45,776 nucleotides of DNA from a virus: positions 1 to 45,776 of the IMG/VR virus record IMGVR_UViG_3300037247_000151; one strand, given 5' to 3'. This document shows positions 26,575-34,846 of the stretch, piece after piece; positions within the stretch are counted from its first letter, which is position 1; every line of letters begins with the position of its first letter. Made by a program: the position numbers and the translations under genes. The notes beneath the pieces are model-generated. The model was not told where the DNA came from, made no database searches, and saw only the letters and a list, made by a program, of their open reading frames with translations.

Positions 26575-28292
26575 ACAACTCCTTCTTGCCGCCAATTATG
26601 CAAAATAACGTGTCTTTCATTTTCTGCTGCTCTGAGATAATCGTCTATCATGTCTTGAGGTAGATTAGACATATCTATATACTCAAATGTTTCTAGTTCT
26701 GATTCTAACTGCTGGTGAGCAATAAAACAGTTTATAGCTCGTGCCATTACCATATCGTCGTGTTTGCCTACCATAGCAACAGGTTTACCTTTTTCGTTTT
26801 TAACAAACGTCAGCATTTCGTCTAGTAAGGTATAGTCCCGTATTAAATCGGGTTCTTCTCTTACTATCGTTCTTAACATATCTAAAGCATGTTGCCGTGT
26901 TGATTTTGTGGTTTTAAATCCTGACTTTCTGACCATTTCTCCAGAAAAGGAGTCTTGCGCTGGATCGCGCATATAGATATTGTCGTAACCCATTCTTTCA
27001 ATTTCTTTATGTGGATGAGTAGAAAAGTTAAGTTCTACACCAATCAGAGCGTTGTTAGCGCAATGGTTTAGTTCTCCGTAAAACTTGCCTAGACAGTACA
27101 ATTGTCGGGCGTGTAAATCTTCATCAAACTGTACCCTGATGCTTGCTACGTCTTTTTCTGTTATATTATTGGTGCAAATACCTGTGTTAAAGTCAGACCC
27201 TTCGCCTGCTGTGTCTGCGCCTATAACGTAAGGAGTGTCCTTTTTTGGATTTTCGTAGATTGTGATATAACCATCTTCGTCCGGCACCCATTCTATAGTG
27301 TTGTCTATGATTTGATGGTTAACATACTTAAACTTAAACTCGCCTCTTTTGACTTTAAACTCTGTCATTTCAAGTATTCTTTGAGTGACGTTTTTGTTTT
27401 TGAAGTACCCACCACCGACGATGCCCCACATGCCAAGACCGTAGACTTTAAACTCTTCGGGTCTTTTTTCTTTAAGTCGAGCCATCTTTATATACTCAGA
27501 GTCAGGAAGGAATTTATTGTCGAGATATGTTGAGTGAACTAGAACGGTGTGGTAGTAATGGTTTTCTACAATTTTCTTTTCGTTCTTGCCTGCTATCTCA
27601 ACTAAGATTTCTTCTTTAATTATTCGATTGAGTTTTCTGTCAGATATTTTTAACTTCTGTTTGAAGTTTTCAAAAGGCTGTCTACCACAAAGATTTATAG
27701 TGCGTTTGGTTCTGTCTTTAAAAAATACTTTGTTTATCCACGATGTTATGATTACAGGGTTGAAAGATAAGCAAATCTGCATGTATCCCTTATACCCTCT
27801 TAAACGTCTTTCAAGTTCCCAATAATCTTCTTCAAGTATTTGGTCGGCTTCTTCTACCCATATTGAAGTAATATCAAATATAGATTTCAGTTTTTCAACA
27901 TCGTCCAGACCGGCAAATAAAAGTTCATTTCCTCCGAGAGTGATTTTCTCAGTACCAGCAGCTATGTTGAACTGCCACTCCTGGTCAGGATAGTTTAGTA
28001 ACGCCCTAGCCTTTAAAAGAGGGAACTGTGATAGAGATACTTGTTTGCGCTCGTTTCTTACGCACAGCAACCTATGAGCCTGTCCTATGGTTTCTAGCGT
28101 TTCGTGCACCATACGATCAATAAACATGTCCGCTATCTCGTATGACTTTCCGCTACTAGACCCGCCAATTAAAATAAGGTTTCTGCCTGTATAGTTGCGA
28201 ATAGGTTTGAAAATCTCGTTACGTGTCCGAAGCTCTTTAAGATTAAGTTTTTCTATTTCTATTTGTAACTCTAATTCTTTACGAGTTGGCAT
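26571..28292 (-). CDS. terL: Terminase large subunit
   Basis: Walker A LILIGGSSSGKS, Walker B IWVEEAD, nuclease-type acidic motifs GADTAGEGSD and KHDDMVMA. Confidence 0.9.
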   Translation of the reverse strand: MPTRKELELQIEIEKLNLKELRTRNEIFKPIRNYTGRNLILIGGSSSGKSYEIADMFIDRMVHETLETIGQAHRLLCVRNERKQVSLSQFPLLKARALLNYPDQEWQFNIAAGTEKITLGGNELLFAGLDDVEKLKSIFDITSIWVEEADQILEEDYWELERRLRGYKGYMQICLSFNPVIITSWINKVFFKDRTKRTINLCGRQPFENFKQKLKISDRKLNRIIKEEILVEIAGKNEKKIVENHYYHTVLVHSTYLDNKFLPDSEYIKMARLKEKRPEEFKVYGLGMWGIVGGGYFKNKNVTQRILEMTEFKVKRGEFKFKYVNHQIIDNTIEWVPDEDGYITIYENPKKDTPYVIGADTAGEGSDFNTGICTNNITEKDVASIRVQFDEDLHARQLYCLGKFYGELNHCANNALIGVELNFSTHPHKEIERMGYDNIYMRDPAQDSFSGEMVRKSGFKTTKSTRQHALDMLRTIVREEPDLIRDYTLLDEMLTFVKNEKGKPVAMVGKHDDMVMARAINCFIAHQQLESELETFEYIDMSNLPQDMIDDYLRAAENERHVILHNWRQEGVV

Positions 28293-28310
28293 AATGTCCT
28301 TTGGAAGTTA

Positions 28311-28345
28311 CCGGCGCAGCAGTCCGTGTGGCTCAACCACGCCGG
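28311..28345 (-). promoter_or_regulatory. Nested hairpin in the terL 5' leader
   Basis: CCGGC...GCCGG enclosing GTGG-ctcaa-CCAC, 19 nt upstream of the terL ATG. Confidence 0.3.
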
Positions 28346-28415
28346 CCTATATTTGGGAAGTAATAATTATTCATCTTTATTGTATTTTTATACATTTGTG
28401 GTTAAAAAATTTTGG

Positions 28416-28658
28416 TTATAGCACCGTTACTTCTTTTCTGTGATCTGTTCCGCTATCAAATACCAAAGTCTTCCCGCTTATCTTCTTTAAATAATCTTCA
28501 CACGCTAGTTCAAACGTGATTCCTTCGCCATATGTACCCTCAAGCATACAGCCGGCAGATACCCAGCAGTTTTTATAGTCTACGCATATTCGACTTGAAC
28601 CGTATCTTCTAACAACAAGGTTTCTATCAAGGTTTAATAGCTTTCCACTTGCTTCCAT
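28416..28658 (-). CDS. Hypothetical protein
   Basis: 80-aa ORF with SD. Confidence 0.55.
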   Translation of the reverse strand: MEASGKLLNLDRNLVVRRYGSSRICVDYKNCWVSAGCMLEGTYGEGITFELACEDYLKKISGKTLVFDSGTDHRKEVTVL

Positions 28659-28675
28659 CTTCTTTCTTCCTCCTC

Positions 28676-29128
28676 TTACTCGATGTCCAAATAGATAGTA
28701 TGAACGGTTTCTGATGCGGGTGTGTAACCTCCGACTGTTTCAAGAAGTCCGTATATATTAGATTCGCTGTCAGATACGTTGAACGTAGTGTTAACTTCAT
28801 CATCCTGAGAGAATATAACATCGCCAACTAAAGCTACAGGCACCGCTAGAACTATGCTTCCAAGGTACTTAGCTGAGTCTGCTGTAGGAAGTGTCCATGC
28901 GCCGTTATCAGCTATGTTCGTAGGTGATGCACTATACAAGTGCAGATTGTACGCTGCCATGCCTGCCGGTACCGCTGTTATGCCTACAAGGAATCTTGCA
29001 CCTAGTATCTTTTTAACTCCGGGACTCATTCCGCTAAAAGTTATGATGCTTGACGTGTTACCTATAACGTCGCCTGCTGTGTATGCTGTGGTGTTGTCGG
29101 GTCTTGTTATTGTGGCTGTTAATCTCAT
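28676..29128 (-). CDS. Hypothetical protein (beta-rich)
   Basis: 150-aa ORF with SD AAAGGAGA. Confidence 0.6.
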   Translation of the reverse strand: MRLTATITRPDNTTAYTAGDVIGNTSSIITFSGMSPGVKKILGARFLVGITAVPAGMAAYNLHLYSASPTNIADNGAWTLPTADSAKYLGSIVLAVPVALVGDVIFSQDDEVNTTFNVSDSESNIYGLLETVGGYTPASETVHTIYLDIE

Positions 29129-29162
29129 ATAAGTCTCCTTTAGTTTTAAAAATGTTTTATGG

Positions 29163-29348
29163 CTATATTGGAATTCCTATATTCTGTTCATCTGGGTAGT
29201 TTTCTAGGAAGCATGTTTCATAGTCTAATCTCTTAATTTCCCCTAAACAATATTGTCCCCATGCTGTGCGGATAGTTGCCATTTTTAGCATTTCGGTATC
29301 TGATTCTCTTGATAAACAGTATGGTAATGCGAATACTTTATCATTCAT
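29163..29348 (-). CDS. Hypothetical protein
   Basis: 61-aa ORF preceded by an ACCGCTTAAC box and SD. Confidence 0.5.
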   Translation of the reverse strand: MNDKVFALPYCLSRESDTEMLKMATIRTAWGQYCLGEIKRLDYETCFLENYPDEQNIGIPI

Positions 29349-29363
29349 GTTGTTCTCCTTGCC

Positions 29364-29379
29364 TCGCGGTTAAGCGGTG
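29364..29379 (-). repeat. Third copy of the late leader box
   Basis: Minus strand CACCGCTTAACCGCGA followed by GGCAAGGAGAACAAC-ATG. Confidence 0.55.
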
Positions 29380-29443
29380 TCGGTTGTTAAAAAGTGCCGC
29401 CAGTATTATCCATCAACCATTGTGCGATACGTGAATTTGAATA

Positions 29444-29710
29444 TTATGTGTGGGTAACTGTATACGTATTACTTTTAATCGTCCACTGAACTTCTCCATA
29501 TTTATTTAAAACCTCGAACATGCCATCACGTGGGCAAAACCAGATTTTGCTTATATGGTCTTTTCTATCCTCATCACAATGCAACTCTTCGCCCCTCTTT
29601 AATGCACAAGCTTTTTTGTAAAACTCATAATAATAATCATTCTTAATCGTGTCCCCGACCATCGCTTCTGTACCTTTTGCGTGGACTGCTCTGACTGAAA
29701 TTTTGTCCAT
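29444..29710 (-). CDS. Hypothetical protein
   Basis: 88-aa ORF with SD GGAGGTAA. Confidence 0.6.
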   Translation of the reverse strand: MDKISVRAVHAKGTEAMVGDTIKNDYYYEFYKKACALKRGEELHCDEDRKDHISKIWFCPRDGMFEVLNKYGEVQWTIKSNTYTVTHT

Positions 29711-29876
29711 TGTGTTACCTCCAATATTAGTTGGGTTGTCTTATATGTCTAAAGTGATTAAATATTACGTGCCTGTATAGTATCTTTTGTCGCAGTACCC
29801 CCACCCCTTGAGTGGTATCCCCCGGGGTCACCGGAGTCCATGTGTATTCTTATTCTATTGTTTCAAAGGAAGTGTG

Positions 29877-29978
29877 TTACTTGCCCTGTGGTGTACCGCA
29901 GCTATCGCATACAATGAGCTTGATGCTGCCGTCCTTTACTACCACTGTGCTGGAGCTACCGCAGACAGTACATGTCAT
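29877..29978 (-). CDS. Zinc-ribbon mini-protein (33 aa, not in ORF track)
   Basis: AAGGAGG SD; MTCTVCGSSSTVVVKDGSIKLIVCDSCGTPQGK has CxxC...CxxC. Confidence 0.5.
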   Translation of the reverse strand: MTCTVCGSSSTVVVKDGSIKLIVCDSCGTPQGK

Positions 29979-30181
29979 GGAGATAGCCTCCTTGTGTATT
30001 TACACACGCATTGGTACGTGTATAGAGCTTGTTACTCGTTGTCTGGTGTTGTGCTAGTATCTGTATATTAGTGCATAAAGGCTGTATAATGTGTTGTTGG
30101 TGTCCATACGGTGGGCATACAAGCCTTTAGTCGATAGGTATCGTATGTTTGCTTGCCTTGGTTTGTGTGTATTCTATGTGT

Positions 30182-30230
30182 TTATGCACGTTATGCAGTA
30201 ATTAAGCCGTTTATGCAGTGTTTTATGCAC
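30182..30230 (+). repeat. Four direct TTATGCA(C/G) iterons abutting the terS stop codon
   Basis: Copies at 30182-30189, 30191-30198, 30211-30218 and 30223-30230. Confidence 0.8.
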
Positions 30231-30817
30231 TATTCGGCTATCTGTGCTTGTTCTTCGGCTTGCTTTAGCTTGAGCTGTGCAAGCGCATCGGTTAGCTCTA
30301 GCACTGTCTGTGGTCGCTCTGCCTTGGCTGTCACGTCTGCTGTTATATCCTGCTTGGTAGAGTAACCATAGTTAGACTGGAGGTTTAAAGCGACCATACG
30401 TGAGTCTAATGCGCCTATTATAGCCCCTTTGTACTGGTTTATGTGACATTTGTCTTTCCCGCGCGCAAGGATTACAGAATAGTTATGTCTTTCTTCTATA
30501 ATTTTCCCGCTTTCCATTGTTATAATACGAGGGTCTTCGTCGTATATACCGTTCTCGTAAGGCTGTGCTGATGTATTGGTGTTAAAACAATGTAGCTTGA
30601 GTTCTAAGTACATGTAAGGTGAGCCAGTTACTATTATCCTCTGTCTATCTTCTTTATCCTTATATCGTCTTGTGCTCTTGTCTTGTATACCAAAGTATTC
30701 GTTTATTTTATCTTCTAGATCATTAGCTGTCTTGTATACTCTTGGTGATCCTGTATCATTTTTACCGTCTGGTCGTATCTTGAATACTTGTGGTTTTCCT
30801 CCTGGTTTACGTGGCAT
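30230..30817 (-). CDS. Terminase small subunit-like protein
   Basis: TANDLEDKINEYFG and ...LNLQSNYGYSTKQDI resemble TerS N- and C-terminal motifs; upstream of terL. Confidence 0.55.
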   Translation of the reverse strand: MPRKPGGKPQVFKIRPDGKNDTGSPRVYKTANDLEDKINEYFGIQDKSTRRYKDKEDRQRIIVTGSPYMYLELKLHCFNTNTSAQPYENGIYDEDPRIITMESGKIIEERHNYSVILARGKDKCHINQYKGAIIGALDSRMVALNLQSNYGYSTKQDITADVTAKAERPQTVLELTDALAQLKLKQAEEQAQIAE

Positions 30818-30820
30818 TGT

Positions 30821-31087
30821 TTAACCTCTCTTTGGTGTAGTAATCTCTACAGTTTGCTTGAGCCTTTCGGATAATCGCTCCATTGGTCTTTCGTGTGGTC
30901 TATGTTGATTCTCTACATTTACAGGGAATATTAGATACTTCCCTTTGTTCTCGTCATACCATGCAGCCGTTCCTATTGGTGCGTTCTTCGGCAACTCATC
31001 TGCATAATAATTAAGGGTTATGCCTGCTTGCTTATATAACTTTAGAATCTCTGCTTGTTCTTGTGTGTCCATCTTCTCCCCTTCCAT
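30821..31087 (-). CDS. Hypothetical protein (first gene of the late arm)
   Basis: 88-aa ORF. Confidence 0.55.
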   Translation of the reverse strand: MEGEKMDTQEQAEILKLYKQAGITLNYYADELPKNAPIGTAAWYDENKGKYLIFPVNVENQHRPHERPMERLSERLKQTVEITTPKRG

Positions 31088-31182
31088 ATGTTACGTTTGT
31101 GTTAACTCTTTTATTTAATAAAGGTATTAGGTATCTTTTATTGAATATTGCATTATAATCAAATATATAGGAGGATTTAACC

Positions 31183-31464
31183 ATGAACAAATATTACCTA
31201 GTTGACATTACTAACTTGTGCACGATGAGGAGTATAACCCGCGTTATGTTGAACGCCGACAAGCCTTTTATGGTTAAAGGTTGCAGTAGCCAATACTTTT
31301 TTAAAGGTTTAGACATTGCCAATGATGCACGTTCGGTTGATGAGTACTTCGGAACATACACAACCATACACGGAAAGTTAGATATGCGCACAAAAGATGC
31401 AAAAAACATGGTTCTTGATTATGGTTACGCAAGTATTAACGACTACTTAGAGATAGCATCTTAG
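31183..31464 (+). CDS. Hypothetical protein
   Basis: 93-aa ORF with SD TAGGAGGA. Confidence 0.6.
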   Translation: MNKYYLVDITNLCTMRSITRVMLNADKPFMVKGCSSQYFFKGLDIANDARSVDEYFGTYTTIHGKLDMRTKDAKNMVLDYGYASINDYLEIAS

Positions 31465-31537
31465 ATTGCAAAGTTACACATTGCATCAAGCCGTTTGTAA
31501 AACCTTCTTAGGTGTTGCGGCTTGGTTAGAACTTAGA

Positions 31538-31578
31538 GGCGATTTTATGCTGACGTGCATTATCTCGTTTCACTCGAC
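31538..31578 (-). repeat. IGE copy (inverted relative to the downstream plus-strand gene)
   Basis: Plus strand GGCGATTTTATGCTGACGTGCATTATCTCGTTTCACTCGAC. Confidence 0.7.
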
Positions 31579-31594
31579 TATATTGGAGGATATT

Positions 31595-31930
31595 ATGAAA
31601 CTTAAAGCTACTAAAAAAGAAATGAGAAACGGTTACTATACTATTATATCTATCGGATATTGTGATGCTCAATATCTTTTAAGGCACGAATCGCCAACTG
31701 CATATAGTTGCGGTCAAAATGGTTGGAGTTGCGACTACTACGACATAGATGGCGTTTTAATCTCTACAGGGTATTCACCTTTGAGCGATTCCAACGTAAA
31801 GCATGATTATAAGCTAATTCGAGAATACGACGAGAAGGCAAAGCAAGCAATCAATCTGGAGTCTTATGAAGAAACAGTAAAAGAGATTACAAGGCTACTG
31901 CATGAGTTTATTAAGACAGTTAAGAACTAA
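31595..31930 (+). CDS. Hypothetical protein
   Basis: SD TTGGAGGA-ATG at 31595. The track start at 31466 reads through the IGE. Confidence 0.65.
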   Translation: MKLKATKKEMRNGYYTIISIGYCDAQYLLRHESPTAYSCGQNGWSCDYYDIDGVLISTGYSPLSDSNVKHDYKLIREYDEKAKQAINLESYEETVKEITRLLHEFIKTVKN

Positions 31931-32023
31931 CTCGACACGGCGAGTATAAACAGCTTTAAGCCGTGAGCGTTGCGCAGTTGGGAGGCTGTGCAGGTAGTAA
32001 CTAAACTATATGGAGGTAAGATT

Positions 32024-32293
32024 ATGAATAAGTTATATTCAAACTCAGGTGAATTTTTAGGTGTTTCGGAATCGCTGCCCATCATTCGAGCTTTTAGGTG
32101 TGAGCGTTGCGGTTGCTTGATTCGCGAAGAAGATGGTGTCACTTGCCACGGTGGAGAGTGGGTGTGCGACCGCGATACTTGCCGGACTCTTGATTCAATT
32201 ACAAACGAATCATATATCAAACAAGGCGAGTATGAAGCAAAGGCGAGCTTGCGAGTTAATGAGCGTCAGCATAATAGCGACGAAAGGAGATAA
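32024..32293 (+). CDS. Cys-rich mini-protein
   Basis: SD TGGAGGTAAG; CERCGC...CHGGEWVCDRDTC. The 3' end is encoded by an IGE copy. Confidence 0.55.
   Translation: MNKLYSNSGEFLGVSESLPIIRAFRCERCGCLIREEDGVTCHGGEWVCDRDTCRTLDSITNESYIKQGEYEAKASLRVNERQHNSDERR
32242..32281 (+). repeat. IGE copy
   Basis: GGCGAGCTTGCGAGTTAATGAGCGTCAGCATAATAGCGAC then GAAAGGAGA. Confidence 0.8.
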
Positions 32294-32294
32294 T

Positions 32295-32498
32295 ATGACT
32301 TATATACCTAAACCGCTAATGATTTTAAAAGAAACCGAAACGACATATCAAGCGAGTGTTAAAAACTTAACTGCTACCTTGCCAAAGGATGCGAATATAA
32401 TAGTAAACGGAATCAAACAGCATCCGAGAATGTTAGTGATAGAACAAGTTGCTAGTTATGCAGGTATAACCGACTGGGATTTATTGGAGGTGAAATGA
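32295..32498 (+). CDS. Hypothetical protein (67 aa)
   Basis: SD GAAAGGAGA; MTYIPKPLMIL... Confidence 0.55.
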   Translation: MTYIPKPLMILKETETTYQASVKNLTATLPKDANIIVNGIKQHPRMLVIEQVASYAGITDWDLLEVK

Positions 32499-32581
32499 TG
32501 ATACACATACCTAAACCTCTTTACATTGCTTCAATAGTGTTTATCTTTGTAGTGATGGTTGGAATGTTTGCACAGGTTTAA
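32495..32581 (+). CDS. Putative 28-aa membrane peptide (not in ORF track)
   Basis: GGAGG SD and ATGA overlap; MMIHIPKPLYIASIVFIFVVMVGMFAQV. Confidence 0.35.
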   Translation: MMIHIPKPLYIASIVFIFVVMVGMFAQV

Positions 32582-32614
32582 ACGACTTCCCTTATTAGGG
32601 AGAAAGGATTTGTT

Positions 32615-32767
32615 ATGAATATTATTGATGCCATAAAAAAACTATCTTTTAATGAGTTTTGGGATTGGTACTTTGCGGAATTTTTAATACTATTTCCGTT
32701 TTGCGTTGTCCCTCCTAGCTTAAACGATGCTGCTTGGGCATACTGTTCTTTGCATGATATGATTTAA
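32615..32767 (+). CDS. Putative 50-aa protein (not in ORF track)
   Basis: SD GGGAGAAAGGA; MNIIDAIKKLSFNEFWDWYF... Confidence 0.4.
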   Translation: MNIIDAIKKLSFNEFWDWYFAEFLILFPFCVVPPSLNDAAWAYCSLHDMI

Positions 32768-32817
32768 GACAACATGCGCAAATCTTACTCACAACGGCTT
32801 AACGTGAGTAAACCAAG

Positions 32818-32857
32818 GGCGAGCTTGCGAGCTAATGCGCGTCAGCATCAAAACGAC
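32818..32857 (+). repeat. IGE copy
   Basis: GGCGAGCTTGCGAGCTAATGCGCGTCAGCATCAAAACGAC then GAAAGGG. Confidence 0.8.
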
Positions 32858-32870
32858 GAAAGGGCACACA

Positions 32871-33008
32871 ATGATTACTCTAAGACAATGGAACGGCTAC
32901 GCTTATAAAGTACTTGAAGAATTTACGAGCTTGCCAGACTGTCACAGATACATATTGATGCATAACGTTAAACACTTTTCGATTGATACTGTTGACGGTT
33001 TACTATAA
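32871..33008 (+). CDS. Putative 45-aa protein (not in ORF track)
   Basis: ATG 13 nt after the IGE/SD; MITLRQWNGYAYKVLEEF... Confidence 0.4.
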   Translation: MITLRQWNGYAYKVLEEFTSLPDCHRYILMHNVKHFSIDTVDGLL

Positions 33009-33058
33009 ACTCGACTGCGTGTCGGTGCGCTTTGTACATCAACTGAAAGGGATTTGTT

Positions 33059-33292
33059 ATGTCAATAACAATGTTAGACTTTATATCACAAGGTTTAGCC
33101 ACTAAGTATACTTTAGAAAACATTAAGGAACAAAATACCAAATGGAAAGCTGACGTTTTCGACAGTGCCGGTAAATTAGTAATGCAAAACTTCGAGGTTT
33201 ACAAGGCAGTCCCTTTAAATTCAGAAAAAAGCCACTTAAAACAAGCGTTTAATTTGTTGGATAAGAGCGTCTTAATTAGGGATTGGAAATAG
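33059..33292 (+). CDS. Hypothetical protein
   Basis: 77-aa ORF with SD GAAAGGGA. Confidence 0.6.
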   Translation: MSITMLDFISQGLATKYTLENIKEQNTKWKADVFDSAGKLVMQNFEVYKAVPLNSEKSHLKQAFNLLDKSVLIRDWK

Positions 33293-33304
33293 TTTCCTCC
33301 ACTA

Positions 33305-33337
33305 GAGGGCTTCCGTACTTTAGAAGCTCTCTTTTTA
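33305..33337 (+). terminator. Rho-independent terminator of the plus-strand island
   Basis: GAGGGCTTC-9 nt-GAAGCTCTC followed by TTTTT. The single wobble is G-U on the plus-strand RNA. Confidence 0.7.
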
Positions 33338-33767
33338 TACCTTTATTTAATTGTCAAGGTTCATGTACTCGACTTTTTCGAGTAGTTCCAACTATACGGA
33401 AATTCCAGATAGTTGGTTCTCATGTGTTAGGCATTTCCAGCCATACATCTGTTTGTTTTTGTTGGGGGATTTCTCCCCCGGCTCGCTTAGGAGCATTGTA
33501 TTTCGCCACTCACAGAAACGTTGAGTAAGCAACGCCCGTACCAAGGTGTAAGTGATTTGGTGAAAACGCTAGGTACTGCCCCTAGTTTCTCTTTTACGTT
33601 TCCATGCCGGCTATGTGGGGGGTGACCCCGCAATAGGTAGCGACCCTATCGTCGCGCCTCACTCGACGCCATAACCGATGTTTTTTTGCGCTAACTTCGT
33701 TGTTGATATTAGCGTGATATGGTTTTCGGTTGGCTGCCAGTATATGCACAGCTCAACCGCTGTTTAG
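33338..33767. other. Hairpin-dense gene-free region (at least 7 stem-loops) at a convergence point
   Basis: Stems at 33366/33379, 33388/33409 (8 bp), 33464/33474 (GGGGGA/TCCCCC), 33569/33581, 33617/33626, 33640/33651 and 33689/33709. No SD-led ORF. Confidence 0.5.
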
Positions 33768-33923
33768 TTATCCTGCGTATATTGTGAGTTGGTATTTTAT
33801 CATGTCTTGAAGTATAGTGTTGAGTTCTGATTTTGTGTATGGCTGCCCTGTCATAGCGTGAGCCTTTTTTAGTTCGTGGAGTGTTTGTTTGATCTTGCGG
33901 ATTGTAATAGGTATTATTTGCAT
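33768..33923 (-). CDS. Putative 51-aa protein (not in ORF track)
   Basis: ATG 1 nt after the stop of 33925..34182; MQIIPITIRKIKQTLHELKKAH... Confidence 0.4.
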   Translation of the reverse strand: MQIIPITIRKIKQTLHELKKAHAMTGQPYTKSELNTILQDMIKYQLTIYAG

Positions 33924-33924
33924 T

Positions 33925-34182
33925 TTATTCCCCTAAATAAGTCGCTAACAGCGTTTCCCCTTTTGATGTTACCCATCCAGTGCGAAGCGATACGCCACAT
34001 TCGATTAGTCCCCTGTCGTACGTTCGCTCCATTGCTCTGTACACAACCTTCTCAGGGCATTTAAACCGAGCACTGAGTATGTCGTAAGGGTATGCAAAAT
34101 TTCCTTCTGCTCCGTTCCAGTTTTTGCGCATTTCGACATATGCTTTACATACTTCGTAGTCGCTTATATCAGATCGCTTCAT
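33925..34182 (-). CDS. Small winged-helix-like protein
   Basis: 85 aa; ...YDRGLIECGVSLRTGWVTSKGETLL resembles a wHTH recognition region (weak). Confidence 0.5.
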   Translation of the reverse strand: MKRSDISDYEVCKAYVEMRKNWNGAEGNFAYPYDILSARFKCPEKVVYRAMERTYDRGLIECGVSLRTGWVTSKGETLLATYLGE

Positions 34183-34206
34183 TCTTTCCCCTTCTCGTAA
34201 ATCTTG

Positions 34207-34257
34207 TTGCCTCCAATAAGTTGCATTGTTCGTACTTTATTGCCCCTTATAAGTTGC
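34207..34257 (-). promoter_or_regulatory. Pair of 18-bp direct repeats (operator candidates) between a TATAAT box and the 34182 start
   Basis: Minus strand GCAACTTATAAGGGGCAA and GCAACTTATTGGAGGCAA, 33 bp centre to centre. TGTATAAT at 34261-34268. Confidence 0.45.
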
Positions 34258-34369
34258 TTTATTATACAGCTTGTTGAGCTTGGCAACCTCAATGTATATC
34301 AGTGGTCGCATTTCCATTATGTTGTCAGGTGTGATTTTGTCGAGCTGTTTACCTATTTTTATTATTAGT

Positions 34370-34561
34370 TTATCTTTTTGTTTCGACATGTTTTGTCGGC
34401 TTCCCGATGTCTATGAGCCGCAACATAGGTCTGCCGTTTGCGCCATCTATGTCCACCCTTACGCTGTCATGTTCTATGAACTCAACCGTTCCCGTCTCTT
34501 CGTTGTAATCAATACTGGCTAATAACTCGTTTGAGTCTCTTGCGCTAACTGTAATCTCCAT
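34370..34561 (-). CDS. Hypothetical protein (63 aa from the SD-supported start)
   Basis: AGAAAGGAAGAACAA-ATG at 34561. Confidence 0.55.
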   Translation of the reverse strand: MEITVSARDSNELLASIDYNEETGTVEFIEHDSVRVDIDGANGRPMLRLIDIGKPTKHVETKR

Positions 34562-34666
34562 TTGTTCTTCCTTTCTAAAAAACCAGCTCCGAGCCACTCA
34601 AGGCATGTGTGATTTACTTTGGTGACTCGCAACTAATTGTGAGGCTGTTTAAATTTCTACTTCTCT

Positions 34667-34695
34667 ATTATACATCATATAAAAACTAATTGCAA
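34667..34695 (-). promoter_or_regulatory. Sigma-A-type promoter
   Basis: Minus strand TTGCAA-17 nt-TATAAT, preceded by the shared upstream box (34696-34726). Confidence 0.75.
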
Positions 34696-34784
34696 CCCCA
34701 TAAAACATCAAAACTCTTACAAAAGTTTGAAAATAAATAAAGGTGTTTCGGGGTAGGTGTCGAATACTTATATAAAGAGTTAAA

Positions 34785-34825
34785 AGCGATATGACGCTGA
34801 CGGACATTATTTCGCTTTGCTCAAC
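34785..34825 (-). repeat. IGE copy (inverted relative to the downstream plus-strand gene)
   Basis: Plus strand AGCGATATGACGCTGACGGACATTATTTCGCTTTGCTCAAC. Confidence 0.8.
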
Positions 34826-34846
34826 TAAAAGAAAGAAGGTAGAATT

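Noticed and set aside
30085-30100. Plus-strand TGTATAAT box as a promoter for an antisense RNA against terS
   Set aside because: There is no acceptable -35 at 16-18 nt and no downstream plus-strand feature. A single -10-like hexamer in AT-rich DNA is weak evidence.
29787-30365. Track ORFs 29787-30071, 29812-30057 and 30153-30365 in the terS-proximal non-coding region
   Set aside because: They use TTG/GTG starts without an SD and have Cys/Leu-rich improbable translations. The last simply reads through the TTATGCA iterons and antisense terS.
33283-33528. 81-aa plus-strand ORF in the hairpin-dense region
   Set aside because: It has a non-ATG start and no SD, begins before the upstream gene's terminator, and its translation is low-complexity.
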